This document shows, piece by piece, positions 13,151 through 24,829 of a stretch of DNA of 64,000 nucleotides. The position numbers and the translations under genes were made by a program. Source of the DNA: the human T2T-CHM13v2.0 reference genome, Homo sapiens. The notes beneath the pieces are model-generated. The model saw only the letters and a program-made list of their open reading frames with translations. It searched no databases and had not been told where the DNA came from. Positions within the stretch are counted from its first letter, which is position 1; each line of letters starts with the position of its first letter. The DNA lies in the NCBI RefSeq assembly GCF_009914755.1, contig NC_060925.1, one strand, 5' to 3'.

Positions 13151-14327
13151 CAAAAAGTACTAGGTGGTATTACAAACAGAAAAAACCCAGCCACTTGTCA
13201 AAAGGAGGGGTTAAAACAAACTGCCCATCAGACTACTTTATCTTCTTACATTTGTGCAAAATTAAAATGACTCTTTGCAGAATCCAATTTGGATAAGCCC
13301 ATGTCAATACTACTCATACAAGCCATCACTAATGACAAGATTGATAGCTCAGGAGGGCAAGTCATTTCATGTTCACTGTGCATCATGTTTAATTCGCCAA
13401 AAGGAGTTTGTGTGTATAATTAATGTGCTTTTCTTCCTGCCTTCATTTGGAAACATGTAAAGGGTCTCTAGGGAATTCTGTAAGTTAGAAACAATTAATA
13501 AAATAAAATCACTTAATTAAAGAGAATAATTGGAGTCTATTTTCTACCATAAAATAAAGGGATAAAAATCACTTTGGAAACACATTGTACAAAAATTGCT
13601 TGAGTTTTAAAAGAAAGAACAATATGCAGACAGAACACATGTAAGTCATGATAGTGGACAGATTTCCCAGGCCCTTTGTTCTGGAATGACTGAAATCCAA
13701 CTGACTTGACTTGTTTATGAAATACATGAGCACCGGCCCTTCAATAACAAGTCTCATTTTTTCTGGAGGAAAATTCTGTTTATCCATTATTTCAACGCAC
13801 ATTTACAATACTTTTTATATGTCGCCTATTATGTAAGGACCCATAGGTAAAAAGCAGCCCCTCCCGCAGCCTTCCAGAAATGTCCAGTCTAGTTAGGAGA
13901 GAGGCCCCCCTTTAACACACAATTAAAATGCAGAGAGATAAGCACTGTGAGGGAACAGAGGACACCACAGAACACTGAGAAACGGCATCCCTCCTAGCCT
14001 AAGAAAAACAAGTAAAGCTTTCAGACAAAAAAATAAAGAGCATTAGGTAGTATTGAAAGAAGAAACTGCAATTACAGATGTAATATCAAATACTGAGTCA
14101 CAAATACATGAATGTACTCGGTGTCTGGATGAATGACATAAAACTCAGCATGTCCCAAGAAGACAGTCTATGTTTTAGAGCAGAAAGAGATGAAGCTGAA
14201 AATGAGAAAGAGCATGGACGTGGAATCAGATAACTAGCTCAGATCACATAAATATGACCACATATGTATGTAACATCTCTACACTTCAGTTTCCTCATAT
14301 AAAAATGCAGTTCTAGGAGCAACCAGA

Positions 14328-14739
14328 TGGTAACATATTGCATTATGGTTCCCAATATCTGTGTCCTTCCAATAAAAGGATTGTTCATCTGCATCCTTTG
14401 CCATGTCACTGCCAATATCTAAGGTAGATGGAGAATATTCTGTGCTCCATTGTCGGGTTTGCCATGAGACTTTTTTTTTTCCTTTGGCCACTGGAATATG
14501 AGTAGACATAATGTACACAAAACTGAGCAGAAACTGTATACATATGTCATTCAGTTAAGACTTCTGTATTTCTGCCCTCTGACATGAGAATCACATAGCC
14601 CAGATGGGGCTGCTCCCAGAGCCTGGATTTCTGGCATGAGCAGACTTTTGGAAGAGAACTAAACAGAGCTGCATCCGACCTGCAGAATTATTGAAATTCT
14701 GGGATATCTGTTACTACCACAGCAAAAATCACCGATACA
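14328..14739 (+). mobile_element. MLT1I/J-like MaLR LTR
   Basis: ctttggccactggaatatgagtagac and terminal tgttactaccacagcaaaaatcaccgataca. Confidence 0.65.
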
Positions 14740-15039
14740 GAGATAAATGAATAGCTCATAGTCTAAGAGGAAGACAAACAGGTAATGATACAACAATCAG
14801 AAGAGTATCATTATAAATATATGTATAAGATAGTATTGAAGAATTAATAACATATCTAAAGACACTTGTCCCATCTTAGGCATTTAATCAATTTTGGATT
14901 CCTTCACCTTAGACCTTTGAGGAAGAGGTAAAAGTCTCAGAGTTAAACAATTATATAGAAGGACATGTCGAAGAATGAATATATTAATTTGTTCCATATG
15001 AGATACCTGCCATCAGATTTAACTGAATATACCCCAGAT

Positions 15040-15245
15040 TGGTTCTCATCCTTACCTTGGGCAAGTCCTTAACCTATGTGAACCTCAATTTTTCTCATCT
15101 GTAAATGAACAAAGAAACACTACCTACTTTGAACAGCAATTACAATAATTAGATTAAGCCATGTGGAGTCCTTAAAAGAGAGACTAACACACAACATGTG
15201 CTCAAAAAACGTAAATCATTGTTAGTATTTATTACTATTATTATT
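15040..15245 (+). mobile_element. MIR
   Basis: ccttgggcaagtccttaacctatgtgaacctcaatttttctcatctgtaaa. Confidence 0.72.
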
Positions 15246-15360
15246 CAATAATTCTAAACTTTCTGCAATTTACTTAGGAGCATTACTCCTATACCTTCTC
15301 AGTGGCACCAACTACAAAACACCAATTTCTTTCATGTTTAACTATAAACTGATTAACCAC

Positions 15361-15686
15361 TGATATGGTTGGAATGTTTTAAAGTTCATATATTGAATCC
15401 TAATTGCCAATGTGATGGTATTAGGGAGGTGGGGTCTTCTTGAGGTGATTAGGTCATGAGAGGTGAGCCCTAGTGAGTGGGATTAGTCCCCTTATAAAAG
15501 AGGCCTCAGAGAGCTGCCTTGCCCCTTCCACTGCAGAAGGACGCAACTTGAAGGCACTATCTTTAAACTACACAGCAGGCCTTCACCAGACACCTAATCT
15601 GTCAGCACCTGGATCCTGGACTTAAGTTGTTTATTAGCTACTCAGTTTATGGTATTTTGTCATAGCAGCCCCAATAGATTAAGACA
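15361..15686 (+). mobile_element. MLT1A/MLT1A0 MaLR LTR
   Basis: tgatatggttggaatg...gtgattaggtcatgag...ggtattttgtcatagcagccccaatagattaagaca; TSD accac/cccac. Confidence 0.85.
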
Positions 15687-17479
15687 CCCACCCAAAATAT
15701 ACACACACAAGCACACAAACACACACATGCATGCACTACACATACAACATCTTTTATTCTTTACTGTTAGCACTTCCGTCACTATCTTTGAATAAGTAAT
15801 AAGCAGAGTTGTTTTCAATTCTCTTGAAACCTTTCCATGAAAAGACAAAGAGATGAAATATTTGGACTAAATATAGTAAAACTCAAAAGATAGATTATTA
15901 CTACTTTTCATTTCTTAGGTGAATTCCTTACAATGAATTTGCCCTGTAATTTCACAACTCCAAAATATTTGGTCAGATCACTAAAAAGAAACCCATCAAA
16001 GCCTTGGAAAGTTTATTTCTTCATAGGCAAATGGATCTATTTCTTTGTTTTCAAATGGTTAGTTGTGTTGGTTTACTGCCTTAGTGACTTTAACACCTAA
16101 GTCGGTGGTTCTTAAACTTTTGGGGGTTACAGACCCCTTTCATAGGACAGAAACCACGGACACTCTCTACAGACAAGTGCATGGCAAGAATTTGGAATCC
16201 TAGCTACATTCTCCTCTGTGGTTCTAGAGCTGAGAGATGAGAGAGAGGCATGTGAGTGAGGGACACCCGTGACATAGAATCGTTCCCAACTGCAGAGCAC
16301 GGAGGCAGAGGCCGGAACAGATCTCTCCCAGAACACATTTCCAAATCCCATTAAATGGGGAGCAGGTGGGCCAACTGTGCCTCAATTCCCTACACTCAAT
16401 TTCCTCATTGTAAAATGGTGATAATAATAGTTCTCACCTCATAGTGTTTTTGTGAAAACTAAATGAGATGATATATGGAAGGCGCTTGGCACATTCTAAG
16501 TTCTTAATAAATATTAGGGACTCCTCTCATTGTAGGATACAGGAGACTGAGACCCAGAAAAGGGAATAATGTACCCAAGATTGTACAGTCACTGGAAGGC
16601 AGGGAGAAATGCTGAGACGCCTCATGAAGAGAGCATACAGGGAACCAAGGGCTAGAGTTAACAAACCAGGACATCTAGAAATAAGAAGTGCTAAAATCAG
16701 CTGATATTTGTTTGTGGCTCAGCTGTTCCACTGCACCAGCTGCTCAGAACTTTCAGACATGCCCCAGCACAGCACAGAATCACCCCATCCTATATTCATT
16801 CCATCAGCCTCAAATCTAATTTCAGTCCTAGAGAGTTTTTTTAAAGGGACCTAAAATTGAATATCCATTCCTATTTATAGTAAAGGGATATTTCCTAAGA
16901 AAGTGCCTTGTAAAGATTCAGATTTCTTTCCTCAGCAGTTTTCTCCGTTGGCCATTTTGGGTCTATTTTGATTTTTTCCCTGGTTGAAACATGTCTCAGA
17001 GGCTCTCACTGCTGAAGAGGTAGAAGTTTATCACAGGTTCATGGCCATGGGGTATGCCTAGGGCTGGCATTAATGGGACAGGGCCCAAGAGAAGCGAGCA
17101 CTGTCCCAACTTTGGGGATGGGGGCAAAAGGATCTCAACACCAAATGCAAGCATATTTCTAAGAGAGTATTAAAGAACCAGTCCAAATGAAAATTCCAAA
17201 ATTAGAAAATCAATAGCAAGAGAAGTCATTTAAAATTAAACAAAACACTGTCAGACATGTGGTCTAGTCACAGAGATGAGCCATACTGGAACAAGAGACC
17301 TGGGTTACTGGCCCCACATTACCATTTACTAGCCGTGACACCTCAGGAATCACCCTGCTCTGCACGCAGGCAGAGGAAAGATATCAGATTACATGATCTA
17401 TAAAGACCTTTTCACTTGGAAAGATAAACTGAAAACTATACTTAGCATATATTAACATATTCAGCTTATATATAATAAG

Positions 17480-18330
17480 GGATAGAAGAATATTTGTAGC
17501 AATATATTTCATAATAGCAAAAAAACTGGATATTAGCCAAACATCCTCTATTACTAGATTAGAAAATAAATATATACACTCTTAGAAGGGAATACTACTA
17601 ATAAACTGTATCGATATCAAGAAATCTTGAAAATACAATGATAATCAAAGTCACGAGAAGAAGTTACAATGTGATTCCACTTATATAAAGTTCAAAATCA
17701 GGCAAAATGAAAAGAAATAATAAATTGTTTAGGGATATATATATATGTATATATATATAGAGAGAGAGAGAAAGACCTTAAGGAAATAACACAAAATTCA
17801 GGTTAGAAGTTACCTGGGGAAGGGGTATCAGGATGCTATGAAGGAAAGGCCTTAGGTAGCTTCTAGAGTCTCATGACATTCTATTTCTTGGCTTGAGAAA
17901 TGGGCACTGGGATTTTTATTATTATTGTTCATAAATCATCCACATACGCTATCATAGACTTTATATATATATATAAAGAATATATACGTATGAATATATA
18001 CTTTGTATATATAGAATATATATAAGAATATATATTTTTTATTATGAAGTACAGAAAATATATATCTTCTTTATATATAAAGAATATATATAAATATATA
18101 AATATATATTTATGTTATATAAAAATATATAAACATATTTATATATTATATAAAGAATATATATAAATATATATTTATATATTATATAAAGAATACATAA
18201 ACATATATTTATGTATTATATAAAGAATACATATAAATATATATTTATATATTATATATAATATATTTATATGTATTACATATAAATATATATAAAGAAG
18301 AATATATATATTCTGTACTTCACAATAAAA
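17480..18330 (+). mobile_element. Old L1ME-type 3' fragment, interrupted by an AT-rich expansion
   Basis: gattccacttatataaagttcaaaatcaggcaaaa, cacaaaattcaggttagaagttacct and terminal ttcacaataaaa. Confidence 0.65.
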
Positions 18331-18349
18331 CTATATATTCTTACATATA
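17961..18349. repeat. AT-rich minisatellite with flanking 63-bp inverted repeats
   Basis: 34-36-bp units (tataaagaatatatataaatatatatttatatatta) between arms 18017-18079 and 18287-18349, which are about 90% reverse-complementary. Confidence 0.85.
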
Positions 18350-19494
18350 AAATAAAAAATGGGTTACACTGGGAAAATTAAAGAGTCTAAAGGGCCCTAA
18401 TATTTTAAAAGGAAGGACTGCTATATTCCAACCAAATACATAATACAACATTAAACCCCATAACAGTCTGAAGACACAGGTAATAATATCTTCAGTGTGC
18501 AGATGAGGTTCTGAGCAGTTCAGTGAAGTGGAGAGGCCATGATTCAAGTGAGGTCTCTCGGACCACAAAATCCGTGTACTATCCACTCTACCAGGCTTTT
18601 CATAGACAGGCAAGTTTAATTACTCTCCCCACACTACAAAGAGGGAAAAAGTCTCAGAAAGAGATTGTGTCTTGCTAGAGGTTGCACAGACATTTATACG
18701 GGCAGAAGTAGATGATCTGACCCTAACATCCTGACACCTTCTAGTGTGTCTTGCTAAATCCCGTATACTGTAAGCAATGAGAAACTGGTATTTCATGCTA
18801 GTTCTAAAAGAGAGGAAATATACTAAGCCTCTCCAATTTTCCCCTTTTCAGTCTGGTTTGTGTGAGGTTGAGGACTATATCTCCTGATATATACAATAGT
18901 AGAAAGATGAGCGGAAAGCTAGGACTATGCAAATTGGTGGTCGGAATACAATTTTCCTGTCCAAATGTGTCCTGCTCTTTGCAGGACCAGCTTTAGCCAA
19001 GGACAATATGTGCAAATATGTTCATGCCTTCCTCCTTCAAGACCAAAACAGCAAAATGGCATTACTCCATATCGTGATAGCTATGGATTTTCCCATTTAA
19101 ATAGTGCTATTGTCTTTCCTGTTTATGAGTCCGTTTTACTTATCAGGAAATTTTAACCTACACATAAGCTACAAATATGCTTCCTTCCATTTTTGTTCCT
19201 TATTCTTAATTATGTAGTAAAATGCAACCCACCTACGTGAACAAGATGAGTAAAAGAAAGTAATAGCTAGATGCATTTTTCATTTTCCACATAACAATTT
19301 GTAAGTTGAGAGTCAGTAAGTCCCCTGGAGCAAACCATGCAGTGCTTCCCCAAGAGATGGAAGGGTTGGTTGTTGACATCTGTCACTGAATGTCAGAGCT
19401 GAGAGGGACACTAGGATTCCATCCCATTTTCTAGCACAGTGTTTCACACATGGCAGTGGCTTACTAAATGTTTGAAAAGTAAATAATAACTTTT

Positions 19495-19750
19495 AATGGC
19501 TAATACATATGTTAAAAGCTTATCATATACCAGATACTATTCTAAGAATTATACCTACAAAACTTAACTCATTTAATTTTTACAATAATCTCAAAAGATT
19601 GGTACTGTTATTATTCTGACCTTAAAGATAATGAAACTGAGGCTCAAAATGATTTAGCAACTTGCCTAATGTCACACAGCCAGCAAAGGACAGCTGGAAT
19701 CCATGCTACTGGCTGCAGAGTTTATGTTTTTAACCTCCATGCTGTTCTGA
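19495..19750 (-). mobile_element. MIR adjacent to the SCA37 AluJb
   Basis: aactcatttaat...gaaactgaggctcaaaatgatttagcaacttgcctaatgtcacacagc. Confidence 0.75.
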
Positions 19751-19816
19751 ATATCTCTTAGCAAAGCTGGAAAGAATGAAGCCCAGGAATGTAAACTGAC
19801 TATATAAATCACACAA

Positions 19817-20143
19817 GGCCAGGCACAGTGGCTCACACCTATAATCCCGACACTTTGGGAGGCAGAGGCAGGTGGACCACTTTAGCCCAGAAGTTCGAGA
19901 CCAGCCTGGGCAACACAGTGAGACCCTGTCTCCACAAAATAAAATAAAATAAAATAAAATAAAATAAAATAAATAAATTAGCCAGGCATGGTGCCATACA
20001 TCTGTAATCCTAGTTACCTGGGAGGCTGACTTGGGAGGACCACTTCAGCCAGGGAGGCTGAGGCTGCAGTAAGCTGTGATGGCACTACTGCACTTCAGCC
20101 TGGGTAAAAGAGCATGACCCTGTCTCAAAAAAAACAAAAAAAA
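19817..20143 (+). mobile_element. AluJb (host of the SCA37 repeat)
   Basis: Dimeric Alu with J diagnostics (gcccagaagttcgagaccagcctgggcaaca, gaggctgcagt, gaccctgtctc), an A tail and a TSD core tcacacaa on both sides. Confidence 0.95.
19936..19978 (+). repeat. DAB1: SCA37 pentanucleotide repeat: (AAAAT)7 + (AAAT)2, i.e. (ATTTT)7 in DAB1 sense; pure allele, no ATTTC/GAAAT
   Basis: Read directly: ...gtctccac (aaaat)7 aaat aaat tagccagg..., occupying the middle A-rich linker of an AluJb. Confidence 0.9.
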
Positions 20144-20599
20144 GTCACACAAAATGGTACTCTGAAAAAAGTAAGAGTTCGGAAGTCAGAAAGAAAGTTT
20201 CTAATCAGAGCTAGGTGCCTTTTTTGTCTGGGGACCTGAGCAACACACATTTCCAGAGACCTACTAGGTGTTGGAAACCAGTGACTCAAACACTGTAGTT
20301 TTGAGTTTCCATCTCCTCCTCTGTAAAATGAAGGCAGTAACATCTACCTCATCAGCTTGCAGTAAGAATCAATCAGCAAAGGGCAAATGCTCCCAAAATG
20401 GCAGCTATCGAAAGAAACCATGTAAGTTCAAGTCTAACCATCATACCAATGGCAGTGGCGACCTATCTGGAGCAGCTGTTGCCATCACGCTAGCTGCAGC
20501 AGTGTGGCTGCAGCAGGGAGGCAATGCCCAGGGTTCCACACTCCGTGGAGCTGGCAGGAGCTGGGGACAAGTGGGAGCACTGTCCCTTCTGAGTTGGTG

Positions 20600-20825
20600 G
20601 GGCAGGAACTCCCCACATGCAGCTGCAGCCACCCAAGTCATGGCTGCAGACCCAGGCCTCCTGTTCCATAGAGCAAGCAGGAACCCAGCCTTCCCAGGCA
20701 CAGCTGCAGCCTCCCAAACTATGACTGCAGACCTGGGCCTCCCACTCCTCAGAGCAGGCAGAAGCACCTCCCTCCTGGGTGCAGCTGCAGCCGCCCAAAC
20801 CACAGCTGTGGACCCAGGCATCCCT
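20600..20825 (+). repeat. 81-bp tandem repeat (about 3 copies) inside MER52A
   Basis: cagctgcagcc recurs at 20620, 20701 and 20782 (period 81). Confidence 0.85.
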
Positions 20826-21075
20826 GCCCTCTTGGAGGCCCAGGAAGGCTTGGAAATACCTGCTCCCACGGCCTGGCTTCTTCCTGCTATTGGCACCTGC
20901 TCCCATCTTGAAGCAAAGTGGGGTGAGCCTGGGCACTGTCACAGCCCAGCCAGGTGTGCACACACTCAGGGCACTGTTGACATGTCAGGCCCCTGACACC
21001 TCAGCCCCCTTCTGGACTTTGAGCACTGATGAGGATAAGAGGGAAGCCGAAATGGGGCTGAGAGCAGCTCAGTGC

Positions 21076-21325
21076 TGGCCTGCAGGGGGCCCCTTGGCAC
21101 CTACAGCCTGGGTGCCATGAACAGCAGCAGGAGGGAGACAGGTTCCTGGGCAAAAGGGGGCAGGTCCCTGGTGAGGCCCCACCTTCAGGCCAGGGAGGGG
21201 CTGAAGGATGGGGGCGGGGCTGCCAGTCCCACGAACCAGAGTGGGAACTTGTAGTGCCTCTTCTGGGCCCACCCATGGCCAACCATGGACCAATTGGCAC
21301 CCACTTCTCTCTGAGGCCCATAAAA
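21076..21325 (+). promoter_or_regulatory. LTR U3 motifs: CTCF-like site, GC box, CCAAT box, TATA-like box
   Basis: TGGCCTGCAGGGGGCCC at 21076-21092; GGGGCGGGGC at 21211-21220; CCAAT at 21290-21294; CATAAAA near 21319-21325. Motif matches only; activity unknown. Confidence 0.4.
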
Positions 21326-24300
21326 GCCCCAAGCTCAGCCAGAGCTGAGCAGACTTCTGGATGACCAGCTGCAGAGAGGAGCTACCCTCTCCAGGTCCTC
21401 CTCTCTGCGGAGTGCTCCAGAGATGATGGGACGACCTGCCTGCAGAGAGAAGGGCCTCCTCTCTGGTGAGAGCTGAACACTTGATGGGATGATCTTCCTC
21501 CAGAGAGGAGCTACCCACTGCAGGTCTCCTCTGAGCTGTTCTAACACTCAATAAAGCTCCTCTTCATCTTGCTCACCCTCCACTTGTCTGTATACCTCAT
21601 TCTTCCTAGACACAGGACAAGAACTCAGGCAAAGGTGCCACTGGCCAACAAAGGTTTCCAGACAGAAAGGCGACACCTCAAAGATCCCATAAAAATACCA
21701 TACTCCTGCCCTCCCACTGAATATGGGTAAACTTACCAAAGAGGTAATTTCACTTCCAACCTCCCAGACCTATCAAAACACATATACTAGAAACACTAAG
21801 AAAAAGGTCATAAATCAAGGTGGGATTCAAAAGATGTAGCTCAGGATTCTAGATAGGTAAGCATGACATTTGCTCCATTGTGGTGCCAGAAAATGCATAA
21901 AAGAATGCAAATCAAGGAGACAGGCAATAGTGCTTCATGGTTACAGCTTGAATGGTGGAGCTAGACTGATTCAGGGTTGCATCCTGCCTCCTCCACTTGC
22001 TAAGCAGCAAGGCAGGCAATCTCTCCAGGCCTAGGTCTTCATTTCTGCTATGGATGCTGTGAGGATTCATCACAGTGGCTAGGACATAGCAAGAGTTTAA
22101 TCAATGAGAGTAAAAACCCAATAAACCATATAATGGGGAAGGACAGGAAGGAGATCCAACACTCCCTCAGGGGTTGATGCCCACGTAGTATCAAGATATA
22201 CATTCAAGGGATTATCTAAAAAGTGGAAATTTAAAAGTCAGAAAAACATTTTCCCTATAGGCCCAAGTGTTTTATATTCTTAATGAACATTTTCCTTTTT
22301 CAAATTTTGCCTTTCCACCATGAATATAAAAATGGCAGGTAAGAAATATGAGTGATACACACATATATATCCATGCATTGGCCTACAAAGTGGTTATAGA
22401 GGACGTTTTATGATGCAGAAAAAACAACTAACATTCTTGTAATGTCTATTTTCCTATAATTATATCAGCTCATTGAATCTTCAACAGTCTTGTACTCTCA
22501 GAGGTGGCACAACTTCTGAGCTTGGACTCTGGATTCAGGCTTGAGATGAAATCAAGGCTCTGCTAGGCACCTGCTAGGAAACCTCCTCCTCTAAAATGTG
22601 AAGGTCATGTTAATATCCAAGTAATTAACTCAAGGCCAGAGACCTAGTGCTCAAGAAAGGGTATATATGAGTACAATGAAAGTTAAGTGTTATAACGATC
22701 ATCCTGATCTTAATCCATGAGGATAAGAGTATTGAGTGACTGAACCAAGATCATCCAGCTACGAAGTCACGTTGTTGGGTCTTAAATCAAGGCCTGTGCT
22801 CTGCCCTGGCATCATGCTAACTCTCTTCTTCCCAGTTCAGTATTTCTTCTCAGCCCTTGTCTTGAACAGCATTCTTCCTGCAATGACCATCACATTCCCC
22901 GGTATCACCTGTAACAGGAACCTTCACTGACAGTCCCCACCCACAGCCCAACCACACCACCTTATTTCTAATGCTGTACTCTACAGGCATTGTCTGCTTG
23001 TTTCTCAGTCTCCTCACTAAAAGGTGAGCTCCTGAGGGCAGCGGCCATGTATGCTGACTGCTGTCTTTTAACTCAACACAGAACAGCAGCTCAGGAAATA
23101 TTTGCTAATGAATGATTGCAATAAAAGGGTGCAAAATAAGATAATAAGAAAGTTGCATGCCTTAGTGAAAAGATAACTGAATAGAGAAGAGACCTGGATT
23201 CAAGTTGCAGCTTTGCCAGTCACCGACTTTTTAAAAATTTCAACAGCACAGTTCTAATTCTCCAGACCACTGTTTACTCATAAAGTGAAATAAAAGAGTT
23301 GCACTTAACTATCTCTAGTTATCCAATTTAGGTCCAATGTTTTAGCAGTGTAGGAAAACCATCATCTATATGTGCATGTGAATCTGATATCTACTTTTAT
23401 TGGGGTGAGGGAGAGAAAGAGAGAAAGAAAGGGAAAATGAGAAACAGATTTAAAAGACAAACAGAGAAAAAAAAAAAACGTGTAACCCTGGAGTGATTTC
23501 ATCTCCCAATAACTTATAGTTTCCTCGCATATAAATGGAGAAGGTTAAACTAGGGCAAATTTAGCATAGTTTTTTATTTTTAACTGAAGTGCCTTTTAAT
23601 TCCACTTTCTTCCTAAGCCTTGAGTCCTGACCTAGAAATCCACTGTACCTTGTAAATATTTTTTATGGTCGTTTTAAAATTAACACAATTGTAGTGGTCA
23701 AAGCCTGGAAAATAAATTTAAATCTAAAGTTTAAAAAGTGATTTCAAATACTTTTCAATAACATTAAACTTCTGTGCTGCTTCAGCATAAATCTTGGGAA
23801 TGGCTGCTGTCCCCTGACTTTTTTTATAACTTTAAACTCAGGCCTTCAAAATAGAGCCATCACCCTAATTTTGGTCATAGCTCTGGCAGGGCAGCAAGGA
23901 GAGATCTGGGAATAAGTAGCGGCTATATGCACAGCTGTGGTGACCTGGAAATTTAAAACAAAACGATCCATTTCCTGCTGAACCATAACATTCTCCTTCT
24001 CACTAGTGTGGATTCAGAAAGACCAGACGGGGGACCTGGACAACCGAGGCATGGAGACTGAATTTCAAACGAGGCAAAGTAAATAGACCTTGCAGGGTGG
24101 CCACCGTCGAGTATCCCACATCCAACTCACTGACTGTTGAAATCGCCACAAAAACACATGTCTGATGGCATATGGCCATGGGTGTTCTGTTAATTTATCA
24201 TTTCAATGTACTTTTTATGTGCCAGGTAGCCGTTCAGCCAATACCAATTCAATGTCTGATCTGTGCACATTACTATTCAGACACTGGGATATAAAAGAGT

Positions 24301-24632
24301 AATATTTAGTAAGTTTTTAATGGAACTATGTGAATACATACAACTCATATTTATATATACATTTATGGAAGCGTCTAATGACAGGTGATTTATTTCTCTT
24401 ATTCACCCACTCAATATTTACTGGGGCTCTATGACTTGCCTGGCAGTACTAGGCCATGGGGAAACAAAACTCACAGCCCTGCTCTCAGGACTCACTCTAC
24501 AGGGGAAGTCAATATAGGAACAAGTATTTGTAGTGCTCAGGTTTGCATCTACATCTTGTTTTAAACTCTCAGAGATTCACTTCATTTTGTATGTAGAACA
24601 TTGAAGATCTTTGTTTGGCCACCACTTTAAGG

Positions 24633-24829
24633 CAGTGATTCTCAACCAGGGGCTACTTTACACCCCAGGGGACAATGTTTTGAGACATTTTTGATTGTCA
24701 CTTGTGATGTGGGGAGGTGCTACTGAAATCTACTGGGTAGAGGCCAGGGATGCTACTAAACATCCTACAATGCATAGCAAAGAACTATCTGGCACAAAAT
24801 GTCAATACTACTGAAACGGAGAAATCCTG
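24633..24829 (+). mobile_element. MER20 (hAT-Charlie MITE)
   Basis: cagtgattctcaaccagggg...gggtagaggccagggatgctactaaacatcctacaatgca...gagaaatcctg. Confidence 0.88.

Larger units (their letters stand above)
20447..21694 (+). mobile_element. MER52A-like solo LTR (ERV1)
   Basis: Starts caatggcagtggcg (consensus tgatggcagcggcg) and ends aagatcccataaaa. 4-bp TSD ATAC at 20443-20446 and 21695-21698; internal 81-bp repeats; AATAAA at 21550-21555. Confidence 0.85.

Noticed and set aside
16148-16168. REST/RE1-like ACCACGGACA core
   Set aside because: The left half-site CAGC and the right-hand GCGCC are missing, and it lies in a probable hAT-Charlie relic.
20268-21551. Cluster of long overlapping ORFs (242, 160, 157 and 151 aa) with a 27-aa repeat
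   Set aside because: They lie almost entirely in the GC-rich MER52A LTR. The 27-aa repeat is just the 81-bp LTR tandem repeat, and ORFs are open on both strands, as expected for stop-poor sequence.
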